The notes: generated by a model from the sequence alone, not told the origin. DNA of 64,000 nucleotides from Bacteroidota bacterium (GCA_013376995.1 JACAAZ010000001.1:294957-358956), one strand, 5' to 3'. Shown: positions 29,885-39,100, counted from the first letter of the stretch. Program-made: numbers and translations.

Positions 29885-30074
29885 GTTGGAAGTGTTTGAC
29901 GTTGGAAGTGTTTGACGTTGGAAGGGTTTGGCGTTTGAAGTGTTTGACGTTGGAAGGGTTTGGCGTTGGAAGTGTTTGGCGTTGGAAGTGTTTGGCGTTG
30001 GAAGTGTTTGACGTTGGAAGTGTTTGATGTTGAAAGTGTTTGACGTTTGAAGTGTTGACGTTTGAAGTGTTGAC
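29885..30074. repeat. Tandem 16-bp minisatellite, 12 copies (GTTGGAAGTGTTTGAC consensus)
   Basis: Counted by hand: ten 16-bp units and two 15-bp units with point variants (ggc/gac, gttg/gttt). It continues a C-depleted tract that starts at 29802. Confidence 0.95.
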
Positions 30075-30180
30075 GTTTTTGACTATTGTGAATAAATCAC
30101 TTTATGAATAAGTAAAGTAATTGAATCAGTTCATTTTGCCATTTTTCAAATAACTCCTTACTAATTTTCAAATTGGCGAA

Positions 30181-30747
30181 TTATCGAACTGGCAAGTCCC
30201 TTGCGAAACTGATCAGGTCAGGATACAGGTAATCGGGAATTTCACCGGAGGCTTTTATTTCAGAAGTCTCCGCCCCTATCAGAGCATTGACCATACCCAA
30301 TCGTTTACCAAAAAGCATATCTGAAAAAGTATCTCCGGCCATAATACTTTTATGAAAGCGAATAGCCGGGAAATCCTTCCTTGCTTTCAGGCCCATCCCT
30401 ACTGCAGGCTTACGCATGAAACTCCCGGATTGCCTGAGGTCCGGGCAATAGTAAATTGCGTCTATCTTTCCACCGGCCTTTAGAATAGAATCCTTCATTG
30501 ACGAATGAACTTCTTCCAGTTCTTTGCTGGTCATTAATCCTCTCCCGATTCCCTGCTGGTTTGTCACTATGATGATCCGGTCAAAAATACCTGTGAATAT
30601 CTTTATTGCTTCCAATACCCCAGGCAGGAATTCGAATTGACCTGGCGATTTCACATAACCATCCGGAATACGACGATTTATTACTCCATCCCTGTCGAGG
30701 AACAAAGTCCAGCCTTCCTTTAATTCCAAGCTACTTATAGAACTCAT
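30181..30747 (-). CDS. gmhB: D-glycero-D-manno-heptose 1,7-bisphosphate phosphatase (HAD-IIIA)
   Basis: FLDRDGVIN (DxDG nucleophile motif), IIVTNQQGIG and MAGDTFSD are present. The start is set at the ATG at 30747, giving a 17-nt overlap with hddC. Confidence 0.8.
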   Translation of the reverse strand: MSSISSLELKEGWTLFLDRDGVINRRIPDGYVKSPGQFEFLPGVLEAIKIFTGIFDRIIIVTNQQGIGRGLMTSKELEEVHSSMKDSILKAGGKIDAIYYCPDLRQSGSFMRKPAVGMGLKARKDFPAIRFHKSIMAGDTFSDMLFGKRLGMVNALIGAETSEIKASGEIPDYLYPDLISFARDLPVR

Positions 30748-31462
30748 TGAAACGTTTAATAAGTGGGATCTCTTTCTGTCCACGGTCAAAGTCTTCAGGG
30801 ATTCCAATATCAATAAAGTAATTCCGGAAAGCTACGCCCAGAAATTTATGTTTCTTACATTGAAGGGCAAAAAAGTCACGCTCCAATGAAAACTTTTCTG
30901 GAAGTTCCTTGCGTTCAACAATTGAACGTTTCATCAGGTAAATTCCCGCATTAACCAGCCCTGATTTAGTATCAGGATCCTTTTCCCTGAATTCCCTGAT
31001 CCGGTGATCCCAGGTTCTCTCTACCAATCCATAACGTCCTGCATCTTTCACCCTTCTCAGTGCTACGATCATTTCGAAATCACCCCTTTTGATGTACAAG
31101 TCGTACATCTTATTCAGGTTGATATCAAACAATGTATCTCCATTCATTATGAGGACAACCTCTGAAGTGCAATAGCGTAAAGCTTCTTTTACCGCGCCGC
31201 CGGTACCCAGGGGTTCCTTTTCGATTGCATATACAATGGTTGAACCGTGCCAAAAATTACCAAAGTGATTAATTATCTGTTCCTTAAGATGTCCTACTGA
31301 AAGAACAACATTAACCAAATCAAACTGCCTGAGGTAGGAAAGTTGGTATTCCAGGAATGGCCTTCCTGCGATCTGGGCCATTGCTTTTGGCTTCTCTCCA
31401 ATAGTTGGTGATAACCTGGTTCCCAGGCCTCCGGCTAAAATAATAACATCTGTTCTAGGCAT
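30731..31462 (-). CDS. hddC: D-glycero-alpha-D-manno-heptose 1-phosphate guanylyltransferase-like nucleotidyltransferase
   Basis: The NTP_transferase N-terminus VIILAGGLGTRLSP...KPKAM is present. The gene context is hddA/gmhA/gmhB. Confidence 0.7.
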   Translation of the reverse strand: MPRTDVIILAGGLGTRLSPTIGEKPKAMAQIAGRPFLEYQLSYLRQFDLVNVVLSVGHLKEQIINHFGNFWHGSTIVYAIEKEPLGTGGAVKEALRYCTSEVVLIMNGDTLFDINLNKMYDLYIKRGDFEMIVALRRVKDAGRYGLVERTWDHRIREFREKDPDTKSGLVNAGIYLMKRSIVERKELPEKFSLERDFFALQCKKHKFLGVAFRNYFIDIGIPEDFDRGQKEIPLIKRFNEFYK

Positions 31463-31507
31463 AACAGCTTCGGTTTAATAAGAAGCAACTGTATTCAGTT
31501 GAAGGGA

Positions 31508-32086
31508 TTATACTGGAAATAATTCTGACTCAACCAACTGGCAGATTATATGCCCGATCATAATGTGACATTCCTGTATACGGGGAGTATCATTTGAAGG
31601 CACCTTGATGATGTGATCAGAAAGTGAATTCATCTTACCACCGCCAATGCCTGTCAGGCCAATTGTAAGCATTTCCCTGGCACTGGCAGCCTCAAACGCT
31701 TTGCAAACATTGGTTGAGTTTCCGGATGTTGAAAGCCCTACAAGGATATCTCCTTTGGCGCCAATACCTTTTATTAACCTTGCATAAATATCATCGTACG
31801 AATAATCGTTAGCAACTGCTGTAAGGTAAGAGGTATTAACGTGCAAGGCTTCCGCATAAAGCGGGGAACGATCATAATAGAACCGGCCTGATAATTCAGC
31901 TGCCAGGTGCTGTGCATCTGCAGCACTTCCGCCATTGCCGCAAAAAAGCACCTTTCCGCCTTTCCTGTAGCAATCCACAATAATTCCGACAATACTTTGT
32001 ATTTCATTAATTATCCCCTGATCCGATAAGATTTTGTTCTTTGTATTGATCGATTCAGCGATAACGGCTTTAATGATTTTATCCAT
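31508..32086 (-). CDS. gmhA: Phosphoheptose (sedoheptulose-7-P) isomerase, SIS domain
   Basis: 192 aa with CGNGGSAADAQHLAAEL and STSGNS, which are GmhA hallmarks. Confidence 0.85.
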   Translation of the reverse strand: MDKIIKAVIAESINTKNKILSDQGIINEIQSIVGIIVDCYRKGGKVLFCGNGGSAADAQHLAAELSGRFYYDRSPLYAEALHVNTSYLTAVANDYSYDDIYARLIKGIGAKGDILVGLSTSGNSTNVCKAFEAASAREMLTIGLTGIGGGKMNSLSDHIIKVPSNDTPRIQECHIMIGHIICQLVESELFPV

Positions 32087-32101
32087 GCCTTGATTTTGAT
32101 G

Positions 32102-33145
32102 CTAGTTTGTCCAGGTTGTAAGCCCTGAATTAGTAAATTCAAATCGTTGAACTTGCCCTCCAAAAGGTATAAGTGATTCTGCAACAGAATGTTTTGAATT
32201 ACCAGGGCAGTAAAATGCCATAAAGCCACCTCCTCCTGCCCCGGAAATCTTTCCTCCTGTAGCTCCGGCTGCAATAGCCGTTTCATATATCTTTTCAACG
32301 AGCGGATTTGTAATTTCTTCTGCCATTTGTTTTTTATAATGCCATCCAAAGTTCAGGATCTCACCAATCTTGTCCAGTTGCCCTTTCAATAATGCTTCTT
32401 TCATCATTATTGCCTGGTGCTTCATCTGGTGCATGGCTTCAATAGAGCGTGTGTTCCCGCTCCTTACGTTTTTCTGCTGAGAAGCAATGATCAGGGCAGA
32501 TTCGCGGCTTGTGGCTGTATAATACAGCAGGAGATTATGGGATAATTCATTCATATAAGCATCATTGATCCTTAAAGGATTTACAATGACCTTGTCATCC
32601 TTATAAAACTCCATGAAATTAACTCCTCCAAAGGTAGCGGAATACTGATCTTGCTTCCCTCCTGCCATTCCAAGATCAATTCTTTCTATCTCATAGGCCA
32701 GATGAGCAATATCATAATCTCCCAAAGGAAGTTTCAGCCATTCAACAAATGCTCCCAGGATGGCTACAACCAATGTTGAAGAAGTACCTAATCCTGAGCC
32801 TGGAGGAGCATCAACATGGGTAGTTAACTTAAAAGATAATGGCTTCTTTGAATAGTCCTTTACAATCCGGTTATAAATCCCCGCATGAAGGATACAAGAT
32901 TCATTCAATGGGAGTTTTTCCTCTGAAGGGAATTCAATTGTAACTTTCCTGTCGGATAGCACAAAAGTGACCTTAGCATCTTCAGTAGGCTCAATGCTTG
33001 CATGGGCATACAGGTTAAGCGTGGCATTCAGGATTGCCCCCCCAAACTGATCAGAGTAAGGAGCTACATCACTTCCTCCCCCAGCAAGTCCTATCCTTAA
33101 TGGCGCTTTACTCCGAAAGATATTGGATTTCAAATTATCGGGCAT
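32102..33145 (-). CDS. hddA: GHMP-family D-glycero-alpha-D-manno-heptose 7-phosphate kinase
   Basis: 347 aa with the GHMP motif PPGSGLGTSST and a C-terminal KISGAGGGGF. Its start overlaps the upstream PKD gene stop by 11 nt. Confidence 0.75.
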   Translation of the reverse strand: MPDNLKSNIFRSKAPLRIGLAGGGSDVAPYSDQFGGAILNATLNLYAHASIEPTEDAKVTFVLSDRKVTIEFPSEEKLPLNESCILHAGIYNRIVKDYSKKPLSFKLTTHVDAPPGSGLGTSSTLVVAILGAFVEWLKLPLGDYDIAHLAYEIERIDLGMAGGKQDQYSATFGGVNFMEFYKDDKVIVNPLRINDAYMNELSHNLLLYYTATSRESALIIASQQKNVRSGNTRSIEAMHQMKHQAIMMKEALLKGQLDKIGEILNFGWHYKKQMAEEITNPLVEKIYETAIAAGATGGKISGAGGGGFMAFYCPGNSKHSVAESLIPFGGQVQRFEFTNSGLTTWTN

Positions 33146-34925
33146 AAATTTTATATGTATGAATACCTGTGTTTGTTACAAGTTTAAGCAGGAAGATGCC
33201 TTCCCCGAGAGCCGGGATATGAATCTCATTAATTCCTGTTCCAATTTCTTTATCCTGAACCTTTCTTCCTTTCTGGTCAAATATTTCAAGGCCGGAAACG
33301 TTATTATCAGAAGGCAATTTTACTGTAAATCCATCTTCACTTGGATTCGGATAAACAATGAACGGGTCTTTATTTTGCTGATCTCCTTCAGGAACAACTA
33401 TCAGCTTACATTCTGTCTCCTCGTTGCATGAATTTCCAGCTGTCAGACATACCTCAAAAGTCCCGGTAACGGTATAAACATGGAAAGGATTCTGTTCATC
33501 AGAACTCATTTCATCCCCAAAATCCCAATGCCAGTAAGTGGCAAGGTTTGATTTATCCTTGAAATACACATTCCGTTCCTCAGGAATGGCATAACTGAAA
33601 TCTGCTTTTACTGATGGACATACTGAAACCGAATCACAAATATATGCAGAGTCACACATGCTTGATGCATTTAAACAGACTATATACTTACCAGGAATTG
33701 CATACTGGTGATAAGGGTTCTGAACCTGAGATGTAGTCCCATCTCCGAAATTCCACAACCAATCTGTAGCATTATTTGAAAAATTAACGAACTCAAGAAT
33801 GGAATCATTGAGTTCTCTCACCTTAAAAGCTGGGTATACAGGAAGACAAACCTGGATCATTTCACAATGTTGAGCTGAATCACATTCATTGAAACCGGCA
33901 ACACAAACCTGGAAAGAGGCTGAGGAATGAAATGTATGAGAAGGATTTTGCACGGAAGAGAAAGTTCCATCTCCAAAATCCCAGAACCATGAACTGGCTG
34001 AGGATGATGTTTCAGTGAAATTGACAACCGAGTCGTTAATAGAAACATAGGTAAACCCAGGTTGAACCTGGCTACAAACCAACACTGGACTGCAACTTGT
34101 GGATTCAGTACAGTTGTTGCCTACTTTTAGGCAAACATTATACAAACCCGGCTCTGCATAATTGTGAACAGGATTTTGTTCATCAGAAATGGTGCTGTCA
34201 CCAAAATTCCAGAGCCATTGGGAGATGTTCTGACCTGTACTTGTATAAGAAACTGAAGTACCGGACACTTGAAATGTAAATGATGGATCAACAGGATCAC
34301 AAGCTGAATACTCGATTTCAATTGAAGGCCGTATATCGGGATTAGCATTGTCACTTGAAGCAAATATCATACTTCTGTATGTTTCTTCCTTGATCATGCA
34401 TAGTGCTAACCCAAAGTTCTCAGCCGGATGCTTTACCATATAGGTTACAAGCGCCTTAACATCAATATCCAGGTAATCCTGGTTTTCTGAAGTGGAAGAA
34501 GGGAGTAAAACCCTGTTCTCTTCCGTATAAGATGGTTGATTATTCCAGCATGTAGTTGATTCATCCCAGGGTGATGTTACCCGCTTCAACCAGGAAGCAT
34601 TATCCCCGGTCTGAACACCGTGACTGTTGGTTGGATCATAGTAAAGATTAAGCTTTGCCGAGAGTATGCCGGCATCAACTGGAATTGCTGAAAGATCAAA
34701 GGATAAAAGACTCCTTCCAACTCCAAAGGCTCCCTGGTAAGTATAAGCTGTTGAAAGCAGGCTTCCGCAGTTTCCATATGGTGTATTGCAGAATATTGCT
34801 GTACTGTTCATATAAATATCTTTCCCATCGGCAGGACCTGGCTGAATCCGTAAGGTTTTGACAGTCTGGGCGTCCACAAAAACAGTTAATAAAAGAATAA
34901 GCAGGATAGAAAGTAAGTTTTTCAT
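33135..34925 (-). CDS. T9SS-sorted secreted protein: DNRLRE-like N-domain, four PKD repeats, Por_Secre_tail CTD
   Basis: Signal peptide ...VDAQ. N-domain SLLSFDLSAIP...AKLNLYY...SPWDESTTCWNNQP. Four WxWxFGDG PKD repeats. C-terminal VYPNPSEDGFTVKL...GIFLLKLVTNTGIHTYKI matches the TIGR04183-type sorting domain. Confidence 0.85.
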   Translation of the reverse strand: MKNLLSILLILLLTVFVDAQTVKTLRIQPGPADGKDIYMNSTAIFCNTPYGNCGSLLSTAYTYQGAFGVGRSLLSFDLSAIPVDAGILSAKLNLYYDPTNSHGVQTGDNASWLKRVTSPWDESTTCWNNQPSYTEENRVLLPSSTSENQDYLDIDVKALVTYMVKHPAENFGLALCMIKEETYRSMIFASSDNANPDIRPSIEIEYSACDPVDPSFTFQVSGTSVSYTSTGQNISQWLWNFGDSTISDEQNPVHNYAEPGLYNVCLKVGNNCTESTSCSPVLVCSQVQPGFTYVSINDSVVNFTETSSSASSWFWDFGDGTFSSVQNPSHTFHSSASFQVCVAGFNECDSAQHCEMIQVCLPVYPAFKVRELNDSILEFVNFSNNATDWLWNFGDGTTSQVQNPYHQYAIPGKYIVCLNASSMCDSAYICDSVSVCPSVKADFSYAIPEERNVYFKDKSNLATYWHWDFGDEMSSDEQNPFHVYTVTGTFEVCLTAGNSCNEETECKLIVVPEGDQQNKDPFIVYPNPSEDGFTVKLPSDNNVSGLEIFDQKGRKVQDKEIGTGINEIHIPALGEGIFLLKLVTNTGIHTYKIYAR

Positions 34926-35204
34926 AATAAGGAATTATTAAGTTAAGATAAGGTATCAAAGCAAATAAACTTTATTAAGGATAAATAACCTTCCGTATGT
35001 TTTACAGGTTCTCCACAGGGATTATCATAGCTGGCAGACTGAGATGGATATTCATTCCAAGCTCGTCTTGATTCAAAACTAATAATATATGCAGTTAGTA
35101 ATTCCATCAATATAATACCGGTAATCTGTGAATTGCAGTATGGTAACAATTGACTACTCCCGTATTGAGACAAAGTTAAGAATAAGCGATTGAAACAAGC
35201 ATAT

Positions 35205-36353
35205 TTAACTATTTAACTTATCAAGAATTCCTTCTATAGAAGATATCATATTCGACCATGAGAATCTTTCTTTTTCCTTCTTCACATTTTGAGTAAACTC
35301 TTCTTCTTTCTCCTGATCAAAATAGTTTACAATCGCTTCAGAAATAGAGGATGAATCCGGTTGAACAACATAACCTACCAATCCATCGGTTATGAACTCT
35401 TCGAGTCCTCCCACATTGGTAATGATCATCGGTCGGTCGAAATGATAGGCTATCTGTGTCACGCCACTCTGCGTTGCACTCTTATATGGCTGGACAACAA
35501 GGTTTGACGCACAAAAGTAAGCTCCTACCAGGCTTTCGGGAATAAAATCAGTCCGGAGAATTACCTGTTCACTAATATTGAACTTTTGGATAATGTCGTG
35601 ATAAGGTTTGGGATCCGAATAGAATTCACCGGCTACTATAAGTTTCAGGTTCATTTTTCTGATCCGTTCATCTGCCATTGCTTCCAGCAGCAGGTCGAGA
35701 CCTTTATAATCCCTGATAAACCCAAAAAAGAGCAGGTAATTTCCATCCTGGGGAATACCCAGGTTCTGCCTGGCTATTTGTTTGGATATTTTTTCACCGT
35801 AGTTATCGTAGATTGGATGAGCACAAAAGACAGATGGTTTTGTCCTTGTGAAAATCTTCAGGTCATCCAGCACATTCTTCGACATGGTAACGAACCCATC
35901 TGCACTGTTAACCCAGTACTTTGCAAGCATTTTGTCACCGGGACGGTGTTCGTGTGGAATTATATTATCGATGATGGAAACAACCTTAGTATGCCTGTTT
36001 CTTTTGATAATCCTCACTATAGTACCAAAACATGGCGCCATAAAGGGGATCCAGAACTTGACAATGACAAGGTCAGGCTTTAGTTTTTTCAATTCCCTTC
36101 CAACTTTAATCCAGTTAAATGGATTGATGGAATTGACTTTAACCTCAATATTCAGATCGCCGGGAGCAGGGTCAGTGGAATACTGTGTTTTACCAGGGAA
36201 AAGAAATGATGGATATTGAAGGCTAAAAGTGTAGATACTGGCATCAAAACCAAGATGCTGGTATTCCCGGATAATACGCTCATTAAAAGCTGACAGGCCT
36301 CCGCGCAACGGATATGCAGAACCGATAAGAATGACTTTTCCGCCTTCTTTCAT
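35205..36353 (-). CDS. Glycosyltransferase family 4 (GT-B, Glycos_transf_1)
   Basis: 382 aa. The C-terminal half carries the E-x7-E-like region (QPYKSATQSGVTQIAYHFDRPMIITNVGGLEE). Confidence 0.8.
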   Translation of the reverse strand: MKEGGKVILIGSAYPLRGGLSAFNERIIREYQHLGFDASIYTFSLQYPSFLFPGKTQYSTDPAPGDLNIEVKVNSINPFNWIKVGRELKKLKPDLVIVKFWIPFMAPCFGTIVRIIKRNRHTKVVSIIDNIIPHEHRPGDKMLAKYWVNSADGFVTMSKNVLDDLKIFTRTKPSVFCAHPIYDNYGEKISKQIARQNLGIPQDGNYLLFFGFIRDYKGLDLLLEAMADERIRKMNLKLIVAGEFYSDPKPYHDIIQKFNISEQVILRTDFIPESLVGAYFCASNLVVQPYKSATQSGVTQIAYHFDRPMIITNVGGLEEFITDGLVGYVVQPDSSSISEAIVNYFDQEKEEEFTQNVKKEKERFSWSNMISSIEGILDKLNS

Positions 36354-36367
36354 TTCAAGGAGGTAGT

Positions 36368-37306
36368 TCAGATAAGTACTTTTTCGACCAGGTAATGATT
36401 CCTGTCGGCAGAATTACGGGCTACCATTTCAGCAAGGAACCCGGCAAGAAAAAGTTGAGTACCTATGACCATGGCCAGCAATCCGAAATAGAAAATCGGT
36501 CTCTCTGTCATCCTGTAGCCTTCCATAAAAAAGCGCATATAGGTGAGATAAACTGCTACCACAAAGCCAAAAAAGAAAATGATACTTCCCAGAAGCCCGA
36601 AAAAATGCATTGGGCGTTTGCCAAAGCGCGAAACGAACATAATGGAAATAAGGTCCAGGAATCCATTTACGAATCGCTCAAGCCCAAATTTGGTAATGCC
36701 ATACTTACGTGCACGATGTTCAACGACCTTCTCCCCTATCTTCTTAAACCCGGCCCACTTGGCTATTACAGGTATAAAGCGGTGCATTTCTCCATAAACT
36801 TCTACACTCTTGATCACTTCCTTGCGGTACGCTTTAAGCCCGCAATTATGGTCGTGCAGTTTTACTCCAGACATCTTACTAGTTGTCCAGTTAAAAAGTT
36901 TTGACGGGATATTCTTGGAAAGTGAAGGATCGTGCCGAACTTTCTTCCATCCTGAAACCAGGTCAAAGCCCTGGTTCCGGATCATATCATAAAGTTCAGG
37001 TATTTCATCCGGGCTGTCCTGGAGATCAGCATCCATGGTTATAACCACGTTGCCATTTGTCTCCTGGAATCCCTGGTTCAATGCTGCTGATTTACCGTAA
37101 TTTCTCCTGAACTTAATGCCCTTGAGCCTTTCATCAGATGAATGTAATTCTTCAATAGCTTTCCAGGAGCCATCACTGCTTCCATCATCCACCATTATCA
37201 CTTCGTAGGAAAAATTGTTATCACGCATAACCCTGGCAATCCAAGCGCAAAGTTCTGGCAATGATTCAACTTCATTATAAACAGGGACGACAACCGAAAT
37301 ATCCAT
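36368..37306 (-). CDS. Glycosyltransferase family 2, polyprenol-phosphate sugar transferase-like with C-terminal TM helices
   Basis: VVVPVYNE, MVDDGSSDGS and DADLQD (DxD) are present, followed by two or three C-terminal TM segments as in GtrB/DPM1-like enzymes. Confidence 0.85.
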   Translation of the reverse strand: MDISVVVPVYNEVESLPELCAWIARVMRDNNFSYEVIMVDDGSSDGSWKAIEELHSSDERLKGIKFRRNYGKSAALNQGFQETNGNVVITMDADLQDSPDEIPELYDMIRNQGFDLVSGWKKVRHDPSLSKNIPSKLFNWTTSKMSGVKLHDHNCGLKAYRKEVIKSVEVYGEMHRFIPVIAKWAGFKKIGEKVVEHRARKYGITKFGLERFVNGFLDLISIMFVSRFGKRPMHFFGLLGSIIFFFGFVVAVYLTYMRFFMEGYRMTERPIFYFGLLAMVIGTQLFLAGFLAEMVARNSADRNHYLVEKVLI

Positions 37307-37312
37307 AAACCT

Positions 37313-37885
37313 CTAGATTACGCCACCTGGTGCTGAATTGTCAAATACAGATGGGTTTTTCTTCATGATAGCTCCAATGATCAGGGAAGCAACAGCACCG
37401 AAGATTAGCCCGATACCCATATTTTTAATAGTTGCAAATATCGAATTAGCATCGGCAGCCTGTTTATCGATCTTGTTAAGCGTTTCTTGAAGCTGAGTGT
37501 CAGATACCTTGCCGGAGAGATAGTTTTCCATATAATCCTTCTGTGCCTCAAGCATATGTTTCATATAGCCAGGGTCAAAATAATTATTGAAAACATAGGT
37601 AAAGATGGTGGAAATGATGCTTGATGCAAAGAATGCAATGAAACAGAACAGGAAAGCCTGTCCGAAACTGATCAACCCTCCTGTCGAAGTACGATAGCTT
37701 TTAAGGAGGAAAACGAGAACAGTAATGATAATTCCGAAATTCAAAAGCATAAGCAGTATGGGTTTCCATATACCGACCATTTCGATACCGGCTACGTACT
37801 GGATAATGAACAGTACTATTCCAATGATGGCAAGATACCCGCCTGCTTTTAATGCAGCTGGGAACATAGGCTTTGAAGTTTCCAT
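37313..37885 (-). CDS. DUF4199-like membrane protein
   Basis: 190 aa with four TM helices around a central polar segment. This is the usual Bacteroidota partner immediately upstream of the GT2 gene. The family call is from memory of that architecture. Confidence 0.55.
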   Translation of the reverse strand: METSKPMFPAALKAGGYLAIIGIVLFIIQYVAGIEMVGIWKPILLMLLNFGIIITVLVFLLKSYRTSTGGLISFGQAFLFCFIAFFASSIISTIFTYVFNNYFDPGYMKHMLEAQKDYMENYLSGKVSDTQLQETLNKIDKQAADANSIFATIKNMGIGLIFGAVASLIIGAIMKKNPSVFDNSAPGGVI

Positions 37886-37976
37886 TGTATCATGTTTTTG
37901 ATTGTTCGCAAAGGTAAGAAAGTTAGCCTAAAATGATTAATTATTCTGGCCTTTCCTTGAAATTACAGAAAATGTG

Positions 37977-37984
37977 TATCTTTG
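37977..37984 (+). promoter_or_regulatory. -7 promoter box (TATCTTTG) of the SRP RNA gene
   Basis: TAnnTTTG match ending 5 nt before the first base of the predicted RNA. Confidence 0.5.
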
Positions 37985-37988
37985 CAGC

Positions 37989-38084
37989 GGGTAAGTCTTA
38001 TACGACCAGCTCCCTCTGAACTCCCCCAGGACAGGAATGTAGCAAGGGTAGGTGGTTGAGCGGTGCGATATAAGTAGCTTACCC
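37989..38084 (+). ncRNA. ffs: Signal recognition particle RNA, small (4.5S) type
   Basis: The 5' end gggtaag pairs with the 3' end cttaccc. The domain IV core is CCAGG-ACA-GGAA-UGU-AGCA-AGGG: a GGAA tetraloop closed by ACA/UGU and flanked by conserved CAGG and AGCA. A T7 run follows immediately. Confidence 0.8.
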
Positions 38085-38097
38085 TTTTTTTATTATA

Positions 38098-38374
38098 TCA
38101 AATTGCAAATTTCAAAATGCATATTGCAAATTTAGGATTCAGCAGGTGAATATTACAGAACTCTCAGTTTGCTAAAGTTATTCACTTATTGTACTATAAA
38201 CATTCCCTTGTAAGTCAAAAGGCTTTCTTCTTGCCATTTTTCATTATCCATTGATTATCTTTTGCAATTTGCTCCATTCAGTGAGCTGAATTCTGAGATT
38301 TGAGATAAAGTCTCCCCTAAGGGGCTTATTAACTTTAGTTATTTGCATTTCAACTTTTGCATTTTGCAATTTGA
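38098..38374. mobile_element. 277-bp MITE-like element with 34-bp imperfect terminal inverted repeats
   Basis: The left end tcaaattgcaaatttcaaaatgcatattgcaaat matches the reverse complement of the right end, tcaaattgcaaaatgcaaaagttgaaatgcaaat, at 26 of 34 positions, and the first 12 are identical. It has no coding capacity. The mobile nature is inferred, not shown. Confidence 0.35.
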
Positions 38375-38446
38375 ATTTCAACCTAAAACATCTGAACTAT
38401 CCTATAAAATCGTTACTTTGTCATCCTAAACCAAAACTTCTGGAAA

Positions 38447-39100
38447 ATGAAATTCTTTGTTGATACAGCCAATCTTGATCAGATCCGTGAAGCTTATTCC
38501 CTTGGAATCCTGGATGGTGTCACTACAAATCCGTCACTAATGGCCAAAGAGGGTATCAGGGGAACAAATAATATTATGCAGCATTATGTTGATATATGCA
38601 ACATTGTGGAAGGCCCTGTGAGTGCAGAAGTATTATCAACTGATTTTGACGGAATGATGCGTGAAGCAGAAGAACTTGCAGAACTTCATCAGCATATTGT
38701 TGTCAAGATCCCTATGGTAAAAGACGGCATTCAAGCCATTAAGGCATTGAGTGAAAATGGAATTAAAACCAACTGCACATTGGTATTCTCTGCCGGACAG
38801 GCTATCCTGGCTGCAAAAGCAGGTGCAACCTATGTTTCTCCATTTATCGGGAGGATTGATGATTCAGGAGTAGATGGTTTACTACTTATAGAGCAGATTG
38901 TAAGAATATACCAGAATTATGCCTTCGAAACCGAGGTATTGGCTGCATCCATCCGCAACACCCTTCATATCATTAAGTGTGCTGAGATCGGCGCTGATGT
39001 AGTTACAAGTCCATTATCATCTATACTGGGGCTACTCTATCATCCTTTAACGGATCTTGGAGTTGCAAAGTTTGTGGAAGACTCTAAAAAGATGATTTAG
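38447..39100 (+). CDS. fsa: Fructose-6-phosphate aldolase / short transaldolase family protein
   Basis: 217 aa. MKFFVDTANLDQI, GVTTNPSL, VVKIP (Schiff-base Lys) and YVSPFIGR are present. Confidence 0.88.
   Translation: MKFFVDTANLDQIREAYSLGILDGVTTNPSLMAKEGIRGTNNIMQHYVDICNIVEGPVSAEVLSTDFDGMMREAEELAELHQHIVVKIPMVKDGIQAIKALSENGIKTNCTLVFSAGQAILAAKAGATYVSPFIGRIDDSGVDGLLLIEQIVRIYQNYAFETEVLAASIRNTLHIIKCAEIGADVVTSPLSSILGLLYHPLTDLGVAKFVEDSKKMI

Noticed and set aside
34943-35173. 76-codon ORF in the spacer between the GT4 gene and the T9SS PKD gene
   Set aside because: It has no motif, signal peptide or sensible start context. The spacer more plausibly holds the promoter of the PKD-heptose transcription unit.
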